DNA of 37,992 bases, from contig NW_012237362.1 of NCBI RefSeq assembly GCF_000981445.1, positions 1 to 37,992 of the forward strand, given 5' to 3'. This DNA comes from Babesia bigemina. Its lineage: Eukaryota. Numbering within the stretch: the first letter of the stretch is position 1; every line of letters starts with the position of its first letter. Under the pieces are notes generated by a model. It was not told the origin of the DNA. It was given only the letters and a program-made list of their open reading frames with translations, and ran no database searches. Below, one piece after another: positions 18,601 through 29,126 of this stretch. A program made the translations under genes and the position numbers.

Positions 18601-19103
18601 CCACTGTCACCGCTGCCGTAACCATATCATCGCTGCTGTAACCATGTCATCGCTGCCGTGACCATGACATCGCTGCCGTGACCATGACATCGCTGCCGTG
18701 ACCATGACATCGCTGCCGTGACCATGACATCGCTGCCGTGACCATGTCATCGCTGCCGTGACCATGTCATCGCTGCCGTGGCAATGTCATCGCTGCCGTG
18801 ACCATGTCATCGCTGCCATAACCATGTCATCGCTGCCGTAACCATGTCATCGCTGCCGTAACCATGTCATCGCTGCCGTGGCAATGTCATCGCTGCCGTG
18901 GCAATGTCATCGCTGCCGTGACCATGTCATCGCTGCCGTGGCAATGTCATCGCTGCCGTGACCATGTCACCGCTGCCGTGACCATGTCATCGCTGCCATA
19001 ACCATGTCATCGCTGCCGTAACCATGTCATCGCTGCCGTGACCAGTCATCGCTGCCGTAACCATGTCATCGCTGCCGTAACCATATCATCGCTGCCGTGT
19101 CCA
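18601..19103 (+). repeat. Array B (20-mer)
   Basis: Directly visible. Confidence 0.97.
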
Positions 19104-19107
19104 TCAA

Positions 19108-19668
19108 CTTGGTCAGGTGCTTGGTCAGCACCTTGGTCAGCACCTTGGTCAGCACCTTGGTCACCACTTTGGTCATGGCATTGGTCATGGCATTGGTCAG
19201 CACATTGGTCAGCACTTTGGTCATGGCATTGGTCAGCACCTTGGTCATGGCTTTGGTCAGCACCTTGGTCAACACTTTGGTCAGCACATAGGTCAGCACA
19301 TTGGTCAGCACTTTGGTCATGGCATTGGTCAGCACCTTGGTCAGCCACTAGGTCAGCACATTAGTCACCACTTTGGTCAGCACATTAGTCACCACTTTGG
19401 TCAGCACCTTGGTCATGGTGTTGGTCAGGTGCTTGGTCATCACTTTCGTCAGGTGATTGGTCAGCACATTGGTCATGGCATTGGTCAGCGCTTTGGTCAG
19501 CACCTTGGTCAGCACGTTGGTCAGCACGTTGGTCATGGCATTGGTCAGCACTTTGGTCAACACATTGGTCAACACATTGGTCAGCGTTTTGGTCAGCACG
19601 TTGGTCAGCACGTTGGTCAGCACGTTGGTCATGGCATTGGTCAGCACTTTGGTCAACACATTGGTCAG
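19108..19668 (+). repeat. Array C (12-mer)
   Basis: Directly visible. Confidence 0.95.
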
Positions 19669-19763
19669 GTGGAGTAGTCACCTCACTGCTCATGTGATTT
19701 GTCATCAATGCAATCATTACTGTCTAGAACATTAGATGTCACTTGCCAGTTGGGTTATTGTTA

Positions 19764-19889
19764 TTAGCTGCGCAGTAGATACCGCACCCTGTGGAACGGC
19801 CGGATGCGGAAGTAGATCATGACGCAGATGACGACGATGATAAGGGCGACGGGGACGATGGCGGAGTAGGGAGGGAAGGAAGTAGCCAT
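19764..19889 (-). CDS. Putative 41-aa single-TM micro-ORF MATSFPPYSAIVPVALIIVVICVMIYFRIRPFHRVRYLLRS (or duplicated gene fragment)
   Basis: Manual translation ATG 19889 to TAA 19766-19764; paralogous to the C-terminus of 19972-20475 and carries the same 3' flank. Confidence 0.45.
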   Translation of the reverse strand: MATSFPPYSAIVPVALIIVVICVMIYFRIRPFHRVRYLLRS

Positions 19890-19971
19890 CTCACTGCCCA
19901 TGTAATTGATCATCAACGCAATCATTACTGTCTATGACATTAGATGTCAGTTGGCAGTTAGGTTTTTGTGA

Positions 19972-20475
19972 TTAGCTGCGCAGTAGGTACCGCACCCTGT
20001 GGAACGGCCGGATGCGGAAGTAAATCATGGCGCAGATGACGATGATGATGAGGGCGACGGCGGCGATGATGATTGGTACGGTGAGGTTGGAAGACTTGGA
20101 GGGATTCGTGGTGTGAGCAGAACTGGATCCGCTGGAGGAACGTGTTACGGTAGTAGAAGAGGAGACACGCTGTAGACTAGAAGAAAGGTGGGAATCGGGG
20201 GTAAGGGACGTAGACCATTGACCGGTAGCTCTATGATAATAGAGGGGAGGGCGTAGTTTTTCACAACAGTCACATGGACAACTGTCAGTGTTACAACCAA
20301 CACATGCCGGAGAGTAGCACGGAAATCCACTCTTGCGCAAAAAAGACAAATTAAAACATCGAAAACACCTTGATATGCTACATCCTGTGCAACAATAGGG
20401 ACAACACTTACAGTTAGGTTTTTGACATTTGTTGTTGCACTTACAGGGGAAATCCCAATTACTCATCCCCGTCAT
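19972..20475 (-). CDS. Small Cys-rich protein with C-terminal TM, paralog 1 (167 aa from MTGMSNW)
   Basis: 18-Cys N-terminal domain, Ser/Thr-rich linker, TM (VPIIIAAVALIIIVICAMIYF), basic tail; ATG 20475 is preceded by gggaag as in paralog 2. Confidence 0.75.
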   Translation of the reverse strand: MTGMSNWDFPCKCNNKCQKPNCKCCPYCCTGCSISRCFRCFNLSFLRKSGFPCYSPACVGCNTDSCPCDCCEKLRPPLYYHRATGQWSTSLTPDSHLSSSLQRVSSSTTVTRSSSGSSSAHTTNPSKSSNLTVPIIIAAVALIIIVICAMIYFRIRPFHRVRYLLRS

Positions 20476-20484
20476 CTTCCCCCC

Positions 20485-21631
20485 GCTCCCAGTCCCCTCA
20501 ACCTGCAGACATATCAATCACTCAAGCAAACACTCACCAACTGCAACACGTACCACTGCCGCTCCCAGTCACCTCAACCTGCGAACATATCAATCACCTA
20601 AGCAAGCACTCACCAACTGCAACACGTACCACTGACGCGCCCACTCCCCTCAACTGCAAACATATCAATCACCTAGCAAGCACTCACCAACTGCAACACT
20701 ACCACTGCCGTTCCCAGGCCCCTCAACCTGCTAACATATCAATCACCTAGCAACGCACTCACCAACTGCAACACTACCACTGCCGCTTCCACTCCCCTCA
20801 ACCTGCAAGCATATCAATCACTTACGCAAGCACTCACCAACCACAACACGTACCACTGCCGCTCCCAGTCCCCTCAACCTGCTAACATATCAATCACTCA
20901 AGCAAACACTCACCAACTGCAACACGTACCACTGCCGCGCCCAGTCACCTCAACCTGCGAACATATCAATCACCTAAGCAAGCACTCACCAACTGCAACA
21001 CGTACCACTGACGCGCCCACTCCCCTCAACCTGCAGACATGTCAATCACTTAAGCAAGCACTCACCAACTGCGACACGTACAACTGCCGCTCCCAGTACA
21101 CTCAGCCTGCAAACATATCAATCACCTAACAACGCACTCACCAACTGCAACACGTACCACGGCCTCCCAGTCCCCTCAACCTGCAAACATATCAATCACC
21201 TAAGCAACGCACTCACCAACTGCAACACCTACCACTGCCGCTCCCAGTCCCCTCAACCTGCGAACATATCAATCACTTAACCAACGCACTCACCAACTGC
21301 AACACGTACACTGCCGCTCCCAGTCCCCTCAACCTGCAGACATGTCAATCACTTAAGCAAGCACTCACCAACTGCGACACGTACAACTGCCGCTCCCAGT
21401 ACACTCAGCCTGCAAACATATCAATCACCTAACAACGCACTCACCAACTGCAACACGTACCACGGCCTCCCAGTCCCCTCAACCTGCAAACATATCAATC
21501 ACCTAAGCAACGCACTCACCAACTGCAACACGTACCACTGCCGTCCCAGTCCCCTCAGCCTGCAGACATATCAATCACTCAAGCAACACTCACCAACTGC
21601 AACACGTACCACTGCCGCTCCCAGTCCCCTC
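20485..21631 (-). repeat. Array E: ~15 units of ~76 nt, each with an intron-like GTGAGT...TGATTGA...GCAG segment (~35 nt) and a ~41-nt spacer
   Basis: Period measured between 20501 and 20577; actcac (minus GTGAGT) and ctgc (minus GCAG) are kept in every unit. Confidence 0.92.
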
Positions 21632-21642
21632 ATCACCACGTA

Positions 21643-22150
21643 CCCTCACCCCTGTATCCACCCAGCCCAGGCCACCGACACCCACGCTGCCCAGGATACC
21701 ACGGTTACGCCTGACGCGACGCATGTTATCGGCACCAACTGTCACTCTAAATTACTCACTATTCGCAACGCCATTAAAATTGCAGCGAACCCCGTGCGCT
21801 CAACTCCCACAGTGCAGCAGCACCGTGCTACGAGCCGCGGTATCGGCGCCATACTGGCGGAGCGTGTCGGCTACGTGCCTAAATGTGATATTAACAATCG
21901 CTACATCGCTGCCAATATATGCTACTTAACCGGGCCAACTCCGATTACGCCACCGTGCCAGTGACTCGCGACACACGACTTGGGGCACCAGCCGCGGCCT
22001 TCACGACCGCCTACGTCAGCGACCAATCACCCAGCCTCACGTGACACTCACTCAATGGGCAACGCGGACGCCTCTCACAGGCAACGCTTAACTCAACGCA
22101 CCAGGCAATCAACGTGCCACAACATCCACCAAATTACGATTCATCCGCCA
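21643..22150 (-). promoter_or_regulatory. Conserved ~500-bp non-repetitive block upstream of paralog 1 (putative promoter/first exon)
   Basis: Near-identical to 29960-30452, at the same position relative to the small gene and array E; function inferred. Confidence 0.55.
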
Positions 22151-22432
22151 GCTTACCACTTTGCCTGGCTGCTAGGTTAACACTTTGCCTGATTGCCAAC
22201 TTAGCACTTTGCCTGGCTGCTACCTTAACACTTTGCCTGGTTGCTTGCTTAACACGTTGCCTGGGTGCCAGCTTACCACTTTGCCTGGATGCTAGCTTAC
22301 CACGTTGCCTGGTTGCTAGGTTACCACTTTGCCTGGGTGCTTGCTTAGCACTTTGCCTGGGTGCTAGGTTACCACTTTGCCCGCGTGCTTGCTTAGCACA
22401 TTGCCTGCGTGCCAGCTTAGCACTTAGCTTGG
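22150..22432 (+). repeat. Array D (24-mer)
   Basis: Directly visible; 3' of copy 4. Confidence 0.93.
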
Positions 22433-22586
22433 TCGTTTACTCATCACTTAATCTTAACGCTATTTAGTCCACAGGTTGCCGCTAGAGTAATTAGAGACAT
22501 TAGACTACGTTTGTTTGTTAGGTGAGTAGGTGATTCGCTAAGTGAGTGGTTACGTGAGTTACTGTGAATCGCAAGTGTGACTACAA

Positions 22587-25500
22587 TTACGGTTGTAGAT
22601 ACGATATCTTGGCAAGCCTTCCGACTTGCGCTGCAGCCAACAGTGATTGCGCCGTTATCTTGTGCGATGACGGTATCCTCAGGTGTGAGCGTATGTGGAG
22701 CACATCCAGTCTGCCAACCATTACGCAGATTAGGTAGAACAGGGATAGTGACCAGAGTGCCACGTTAAGCCAGATGAACGGCTGCCTGATGGTGAAAATG
22801 AAATTATCAATGGCTTTGAAGAGTTGCACAAGATGTGAGTCCTTCTCAAATGCCTCCGCAAATACATCACAGAAATCTCTGCACGTGCGTTTCGTTTGCG
22901 GTCGTTCACTTCCGTTCAGCTTCTCTGCATTGCCGAGAACAAAGCCGTATTTTGCCAATGTCGGCAGCGTAGCATTGCACTGTACAATGGATTTGCATTT
23001 GGGATCGTGATATCGTGGCGGTTGATACGTGGTGGATGTAGTTCTACATTCCTTGATGCACGCCTTTTCATGGCAATTCGATCCCCTGGCACCGCATTTG
23101 GAATTGCACTCATCGTACAATTTCTTAAGCAGATCGTAGAACGTCGCCGTCAGGTAGACAATCCACGACAAATATTTATCGGCGTGTTCTGACGAGAAAG
23201 TCTCGTAGATGGCGTGAGTGATGGGACGCAGATAAGGACCGCATACGACGGAGTCCTTTGATAAGCATACGAGACTGCCCAGGCTGCCATCGGAGTGGCC
23301 CTTCTTCAATGCTGAGTGGCTAGGGGTAAATAAGTGGTAGACTTTCAAATCATTATACTGACGCCCGAAATTGGCAGCGGTGACTTTCTCTGTAAATGCC
23401 AGTTGTTTATGATCATTGCCATGCATACCCCAGCGATCGGTGAGGTGATAGTAGAAGCTGAACATGTCCGCCAGCGTTTTCGGCGCACTAGGCAAAAGGC
23501 AGTTGAGGTAACCGCACAGTCTAGTGAGAGGCGATTTCGCACTCCCACAGAAATACTCAAGCACCTCGCATATATTCCGGCCAATCATCGTATGCGACGC
23601 GATGGCACCGATGTCAGCGAAGCCCATTGGAGTTCTGCACGGCATACCAGGTGAATTACCACAAGTGCCACATGACAGACTGGATCCCCTAGCTGTCACC
23701 GAATGCGGCAGGTGGCCCTTCAAACCGTCCTCCAAGAACGATTGCAGTGGCGACTTGACGCCGCAGTTGGGAAATTGCTCACCCGTTTGGTTACCACTTT
23801 GGTCATGCCTTTGGTCGCAGTCTTGCTTAGCGCATTGCTTTGTGTTGCACTGCCAGCCCGACCCACCGATGCCCCTGCCGTAGTGGCAGTCCCTCCAGCC
23901 GCTAAGCTGAGTTGTAAGTTGACACTGCTGCAGCAGGAAGTACAGCTGGTGGTAGAGGCGCTTGAGCAGGTCGAACAACGTGCAAAGCAACAGTATCATG
24001 CTGGTTGGGTAATCTAATTTCAGCGAGTTGTTGGAGAACTCACAGGCGTAAATTCCGTCCCTGTGACCGTGCCCTAGGATAGCGGTGAGGACGGCGTGGG
24101 AGTCGGATGAGACCTTGTAGAGCGATTCGTCGATATGCGTGTGTTCAAAATCAGACGGGTGCGCTTCGAAGGGCTGCAGCGTTTGAGTACCCGGCCTTTC
24201 CTTGTCCTCCTTCATGAACTCAGACCTAACTTGCGCCTTGAGCTTCTCGTATACGGGGTTGAACTGCAGGCCGTTGCACCAGACGAGAATTTCGTAAACG
24301 GAGCATGGAGCCCGGGGTTTGTCAATACGGGTAAGGTGGCAGACTTTGAAGTACGTCTGCAGGAAATCATAGAGTTTTTGGATGAGACCACACTCCTCCG
24401 CGATGGTTACACCTAGCTCGTCCGACCCGGATGTCGATTGAGGGATGCCGGTGACGGGAGATGACCGTTGACTGAACAGTTCATGTGGATTGGTTAGGTG
24501 TTTGAGAATGCTGCTACCATTGAAGTCTTGTCTGTGATTCAGTTCGCCATGCTCAGCGTTCTCAGGACGATGGACGTCATACCCGTTGTCGCGGAAGAAG
24601 AGAGCGTGGAGGCTGGAGGTGGGTGTTTGGGCGTCATAGATTTTATGGGTGGTCCAACCATCAATATCAAGGTGATCTTTGAAGGCGGTCAATTCTTGAT
24701 ATAAGATGGGCGTGATGGTCCAACAGATTTTGGCGTAGTGTCCTAGTTCCTCCTCTTGCAATTGTCTCCCGGAGTAACTGCTCACGTATGCCTTCTTGAG
24801 CTCCTCGACGAGAGGGGTGAAGCCTGCTTTCAGAGCATTGAGGAGTAAGGGGCACTTAGCATCGCCGTAGGTAGCGGGCTTGAAGGCAGTGACTGCATTA
24901 TCAAGGGCGTCTAGATTGATACTGAATGTGTGGTCGAAGTGATGTGAATCGACAAGGTCTCCAAACAACTTAGCTAGCGCCTCGCGCGTTGGCTGAATTT
25001 TCTCAAAGTCCGTCGTGAAGTCCTGCTGTTTATGCAAATCATGCAGAAATCTGTTGACGCTACCGAAGAATTTGGAAGCAGCCTGGCTTAGCAGGGACTC
25101 CTTTTGAGGTGTGAACTTAGGGTTCATGTCTCTAATACCTCGAATTGACTTTTCGTTAGTAATGAAATCCCTTTCGAATGTCGTCATAAAACCTTTGAAA
25201 CCAAGGGTTAAGTCACGTGCAATGTCTCTCGGCAAAGGTTCGAGTTCCTTTTCGACCTTTAGAGAGAATGCCGTCAGCAGCTCTTTTAGTGACTCGATGT
25301 ACTGCTTCTGCGCGTGGATGTTTAGAGCGTTCCTAGCGATCTTGACCTCCTGTTGAACATGGTTGTCAAGCAACGTGATGGTGGCGTCTCGAGTTGGAAT
25401 CATGCCGTTCAAGACATCCGTGGTAGTTTTAATCAGACCAGTCTCCAAACTCTTCTGCAGATCGGTGAGATCTTGCTTGATTTTGTATATACTACCTCTG

Positions 25501-27749
25501 AGATTTGATGTTTCGCTAAAATACGTATCCTTCAAAAGTCTTAGGTTGTCTCGGGCGTTACCTCCAACCTCTCTGATGGTCGTGCACAGGTCATCGATGT
25601 TTTGCTTAATTGCGTTGAACAAATCGTCGAAAGTTTGTTGAGTAATCTGCTTCTCCGCACCTTCACCGGGTTGCGCATTCGGTTCGATCATTTTTAACGT
25701 TGCCTCGTATAGCTGGTTTTTTATTTTTTTGATCGCAGCGGGGAGGGTGCCTGTTAGGGCATTGGGGTCTTTCGCCGCGGTTGCCAAGGTATCACCTTGT
25801 GATACTTGCTGTTTATATTTTTGGAAAATGGTTGAATCTGTCGTTTGTAGGTTTACTTTATTCTCAAGAGTTACCGGCAACTGCTTTTCCAGCGTCCTCG
25901 TCACCTGGCCGATGGCCCTGTCTAAGTTGTCAGCGTGATCGGTATTGCTGAGTCCACCGCTATTTCGCCCAACCGCCTTTTGAAGATCTTCAAAGATTAT
26001 ATTAGCAGCTGACAAGGCATCATTTATGTTTTTACCGATATTATAAGTACGCAGCTGTTTGTCGTTAGTCAGCGATTGAAGTTCCGCGGCGACTTGCCGA
26101 GTTTTAGCGGCTAACGCGGGGAACAGCGAATGAAGAGCATTTATGAGATTTAAACTGTTTGGGGGTTCAGGGTTTTTTTTGACTTCGCCTTCAACTGCCC
26201 TGTATATACTAGAGATAATGCTATTGGCTTTTATGAGTATATCGGACTTCAGTTGTTTATCCAGCTCTTCAGCTAGATTTGTACAAAGCGTTGTGACGTC
26301 ACGCAAATCATCAACTACGTTCTTATTTTGCGAAGATGGAAAAGAATTGTTGGCTTTTGGAATTACTTCACGCTTAAGCTGCCATAAAATGTGATGCGAT
26401 AATTCTTTGTTAAGTTTGCCATTAACTTCATTGTCATCCATGGTCTCATAGCCGTCCTTAAATTTACCGCTGTTAGCACCCGTAACGTAATCCTTCAAAT
26501 ACCCTTTCACCGGTTGCTTCTGCAGTATGTCCGTTATCCACTCTTCAAGCTTGCCGTCAAATGTTGTCCAGAACCCCTTTATATGATTTCTCACTTGGTC
26601 TAAAATGCCTTGTAAGCCTGTTTTTTGTCGGCTGGAACCTCTAGTGTTAATAACCTTATTTCTAATATGCTCGAAAATTCCTTTTATGTTTCTATTGGAT
26701 GGGTCATGAATCTCCGTGAACGTCTCGGCGAGATGCTTAATTTTCTCATTAACCTGACCGAGTGCTTGCTTAATCGCCTCCCTCACACCAAACAAATCCT
26801 CCTTCAGTTCCCCGTCCATCTTTATTACAGCCTCAAGTGCCTTTTTAACAGTCTCGTCAACTTCCCTCTTGGCCTGGCTTGCAAGGGCCAATAGGTTGTC
26901 TCCCTGGAATCGCAAATCATGTGCGTCCTTTATAATTTTCTCCGGTTTAATGCTCTTATCCTCCTTATCAAACTCTTTCAGTATGATATCCACATGCCCT
27001 TGGACAGTAATGACAGAACTCTGCGCTTCTCTAATCCACCTGTCCAGCTCACTGATGTATGACTTCAGCTTACTATTGATATCGTTGAGCTTCTGCAAAA
27101 TGGCCTGAATTTTTTTCGTGAAGTGCGTGACAAGAGTATTTACTTCCTTGCAAATGTGCTCGTTAACCTTACTTTTGACGCCATCGAGCGCCTCCGTAAT
27201 TTTCGTTTTCGTAGCCGCCAACTTCTCTTCCTCCTTTTTCGCCAACTCGCTCAGCCGATTTTTTTCGTGAACCAGCGTCTGATGGACACTCACAATTTTG
27301 TCACGCAACTTTTCGTTAAAATCATTAATGGCGTCCTTGTTGCTATTGTGACTATTTTTGACATCTAAGTCATTAGTGAAGTTTTCAGCTTTCCGCTGAC
27401 AATCTGCCAGGCTCTTCTTAACTAACTCCTCGTTCAGTCCAATTTGCTTGGCGTCATCTGCAAGAGCATTATCATTTTGTATTTCACTTACCGTTTTGTT
27501 AAGTTGCTGCATTTCTTTACTGAAAGTCTGTATTTTATTCTTAATGCTTTCATTCGACGACTTCACTTGCTTATTGTACCTGTCGACGTTCAGGCTTAAT
27601 GTGGGAAACGCCTTGCAAAAACCATCGTGACCTAGATTCAAATTAGGCTCTAAATGATCACTAATTAATGTATCTATGAATTTCTTACCTGTTTCGTACG
27701 GCTGTTTCTCGCTGACATCCTTAAGCACCTGATACAAAAATCCCATCAC
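22587..27749 (-). CDS. ves1: VESA1-like antigen, copy 4 (first ATG 27746, ~1719 aa)
   Basis: 1720-aa ORF; upstream in-frame NLCSGLEKFLGFNSTSKGYDGTGIVYSDLDRLCDG; C-terminus nearly identical to copy 3. Confidence 0.88.
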   Translation of the reverse strand: MMGFLYQVLKDVSEKQPYETGKKFIDTLISDHLEPNLNLGHDGFCKAFPTLSLNVDRYNKQVKSSNESIKNKIQTFSKEMQQLNKTVSEIQNDNALADDAKQIGLNEELVKKSLADCQRKAENFTNDLDVKNSHNSNKDAINDFNEKLRDKIVSVHQTLVHEKNRLSELAKKEEEKLAATKTKITEALDGVKSKVNEHICKEVNTLVTHFTKKIQAILQKLNDINSKLKSYISELDRWIREAQSSVITVQGHVDIILKEFDKEDKSIKPEKIIKDAHDLRFQGDNLLALASQAKREVDETVKKALEAVIKMDGELKEDLFGVREAIKQALGQVNEKIKHLAETFTEIHDPSNRNIKGIFEHIRNKVINTRGSSRQKTGLQGILDQVRNHIKGFWTTFDGKLEEWITDILQKQPVKGYLKDYVTGANSGKFKDGYETMDDNEVNGKLNKELSHHILWQLKREVIPKANNSFPSSQNKNVVDDLRDVTTLCTNLAEELDKQLKSDILIKANSIISSIYRAVEGEVKKNPEPPNSLNLINALHSLFPALAAKTRQVAAELQSLTNDKQLRTYNIGKNINDALSAANIIFEDLQKAVGRNSGGLSNTDHADNLDRAIGQVTRTLEKQLPVTLENKVNLQTTDSTIFQKYKQQVSQGDTLATAAKDPNALTGTLPAAIKKIKNQLYEATLKMIEPNAQPGEGAEKQITQQTFDDLFNAIKQNIDDLCTTIREVGGNARDNLRLLKDTYFSETSNLRGSIYKIKQDLTDLQKSLETGLIKTTTDVLNGMIPTRDATITLLDNHVQQEVKIARNALNIHAQKQYIESLKELLTAFSLKVEKELEPLPRDIARDLTLGFKGFMTTFERDFITNEKSIRGIRDMNPKFTPQKESLLSQAASKFFGSVNRFLHDLHKQQDFTTDFEKIQPTREALAKLFGDLVDSHHFDHTFSINLDALDNAVTAFKPATYGDAKCPLLLNALKAGFTPLVEELKKAYVSSYSGRQLQEEELGHYAKICWTITPILYQELTAFKDHLDIDGWTTHKIYDAQTPTSSLHALFFRDNGYDVHRPENAEHGELNHRQDFNGSSILKHLTNPHELFSQRSSPVTGIPQSTSGSDELGVTIAEECGLIQKLYDFLQTYFKVCHLTRIDKPRAPCSVYEILVWCNGLQFNPVYEKLKAQVRSEFMKEDKERPGTQTLQPFEAHPSDFEHTHIDESLYKVSSDSHAVLTAILGHGHRDGIYACEFSNNSLKLDYPTSMILLLCTLFDLLKRLYHQLYFLLQQCQLTTQLSGWRDCHYGRGIGGSGWQCNTKQCAKQDCDQRHDQSGNQTGEQFPNCGVKSPLQSFLEDGLKGHLPHSVTARGSSLSCGTCGNSPGMPCRTPMGFADIGAIASHTMIGRNICEVLEYFCGSAKSPLTRLCGYLNCLLPSAPKTLADMFSFYYHLTDRWGMHGNDHKQLAFTEKVTAANFGRQYNDLKVYHLFTPSHSALKKGHSDGSLGSLVCLSKDSVVCGPYLRPITHAIYETFSSEHADKYLSWIVYLTATFYDLLKKLYDECNSKCGARGSNCHEKACIKECRTTSTTYQPPRYHDPKCKSIVQCNATLPTLAKYGFVLGNAEKLNGSERPQTKRTCRDFCDVFAEAFEKDSHLVQLFKAIDNFIFTIRQPFIWLNVALWSLSLFYLICVMVGRLDVLHIRSHLRIPSSHKITAQSLLAAAQVGRLAKISYLQP

Positions 27750-27982
27750 CCCGTCACACAGCCTGTCAAGGTCAGAGTAGACAATCCCAGTGCCGTCGTA
27801 GCCTTTGGAAGTAGAGTTGAAGCCGAGAAACTTTTCGAGGCCGGAACAGAGGTTAGTAAGGATGTTAGTAGGGTCATTATTTGAGGTAATTTTGAGGTTT
27901 TAAATTTTGTCAAATTTCTTGTCAAGCTCACTAGGCGGCGCATGGTCAGGGCAGTGGCAAGAGGTGGAAGAAGGGAAGTGAA

Positions 27983-28050
27983 GGGTGACAAGGCACAAGT
28001 TATTATTGTGGTCTAAAGAGGTCACAGCGGTATTATGGCGAGGTAATTAA
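27983..28050 (-). promoter_or_regulatory. Conserved ves 5' leader motif, copy 4
   Basis: GTG 28025 occupies the leader ATG position; in-frame TAA at 27902-27900. Confidence 0.6.
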
Positions 28051-28051
28051 A

Positions 28052-28462
28052 GGGATGTAGAGTGGGTTAGGGAGCGATGTGGAGTGGTTTAAGGGGCGAT
28101 GTAGAGTGGATAAAAGAGCGATGTAGAGTGGGTTAGGGAGCGATGTAGAGTGGATTAAGGGGCGATGTAGAGTGGATTAAGGGGCGATGTAGAGTGGGTT
28201 AGGGAGCGATGTGGAGTGGGTAAAGGGGCGATGTGGAGTGGATAAAGGAGCGATGTGGAGTGGGTTAAGGGGCGATGTGGAGTGGGTAAAGGGGCGATGT
28301 GGAGTGGATAAAGGGGCGATGTGGAGTGGATAAGGAGCGATGTGGAGTGGGTTAAGGGGCGATGTAGAGTGGGTTAGGGAGCGATGTAGAGTGCGTTAAG
28401 GGGCGATGTAGAGTGGGTAAAGGGGCGATGTAGAGTGGGTAGAGGAGCGATGTGGAGTGGAT
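28052..28462 (+). repeat. Array A (22-mer)
   Basis: Directly visible. Confidence 0.97.
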
Positions 28463-28478
28463 TTTAATCACTACTCTG

Positions 28479-28846
28479 GTGACCATGTCATCGCTGCCGT
28501 AACCATGTCATCGCTGCCGTAACCATGTCATCGCTGCCGTAACCATGTCATCGCTGCCGTGACCAAGACATCGCTGCCGTGACCAAGACATCGCTGCCGT
28601 AAGCATGTCATCGCTGCCGTGACCATGTCATCGCTGCCGTAACCATGTCATCGCTGCCGTGACCATGTCATCGCTGCCGTGACCATGTCATCGCTGCCGT
28701 AACCATGTCATCGCTGCCGTGACCAAGACATCGCTGCCGTAAGCATGTCATCGCTGCCGTGACCAAGACATCGCTGCCGTGACCATGTCATTGCTGCCGT
28801 GACCATGTCATCGCTGCTGTGACCATGTCATCGCTGCTGTGACCAT
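28479..28846 (+). repeat. Array B (20-mer)
   Basis: Directly visible. Confidence 0.97.
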
Positions 28847-28848
28847 CA

Positions 28849-28990
28849 ACTTGGTCAGGTGCTTGGTCACCACTTTGGTCATGGCATTGGTCAGCACCTT
28901 GGTCAACACTTTGGTCAGCACCTTGGTCAGCACTTAGGTCAGTGTCTTGGTCAGCACTTAGGTCAGTGTCTTGGTCAGTTACTAAGTCAG
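28849..28990 (+). repeat. Array C (12-mer), short
   Basis: Directly visible. Confidence 0.92.
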
Positions 28991-29126
28991 GTGGTAGGTC
29001 ACCTCACTGCTCATGTGATTGATCATCAACGCAATCATTACTCTGTCTAGAACATTAGATGTCAGTTGCCAGTTAGGTGATCAGTGGGATTTTGATTAAG
29101 AAATTTGCACCACCAAATTGTCAAGA

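Noticed and set aside
21723..21929. + strand ORF MLSAPTVTLNYS... repeated within 29948-30247
   Set aside because: Identity follows from the DNA duplication; no sign of codon-level constraint and opposite to all local genes. Not fully excluded.
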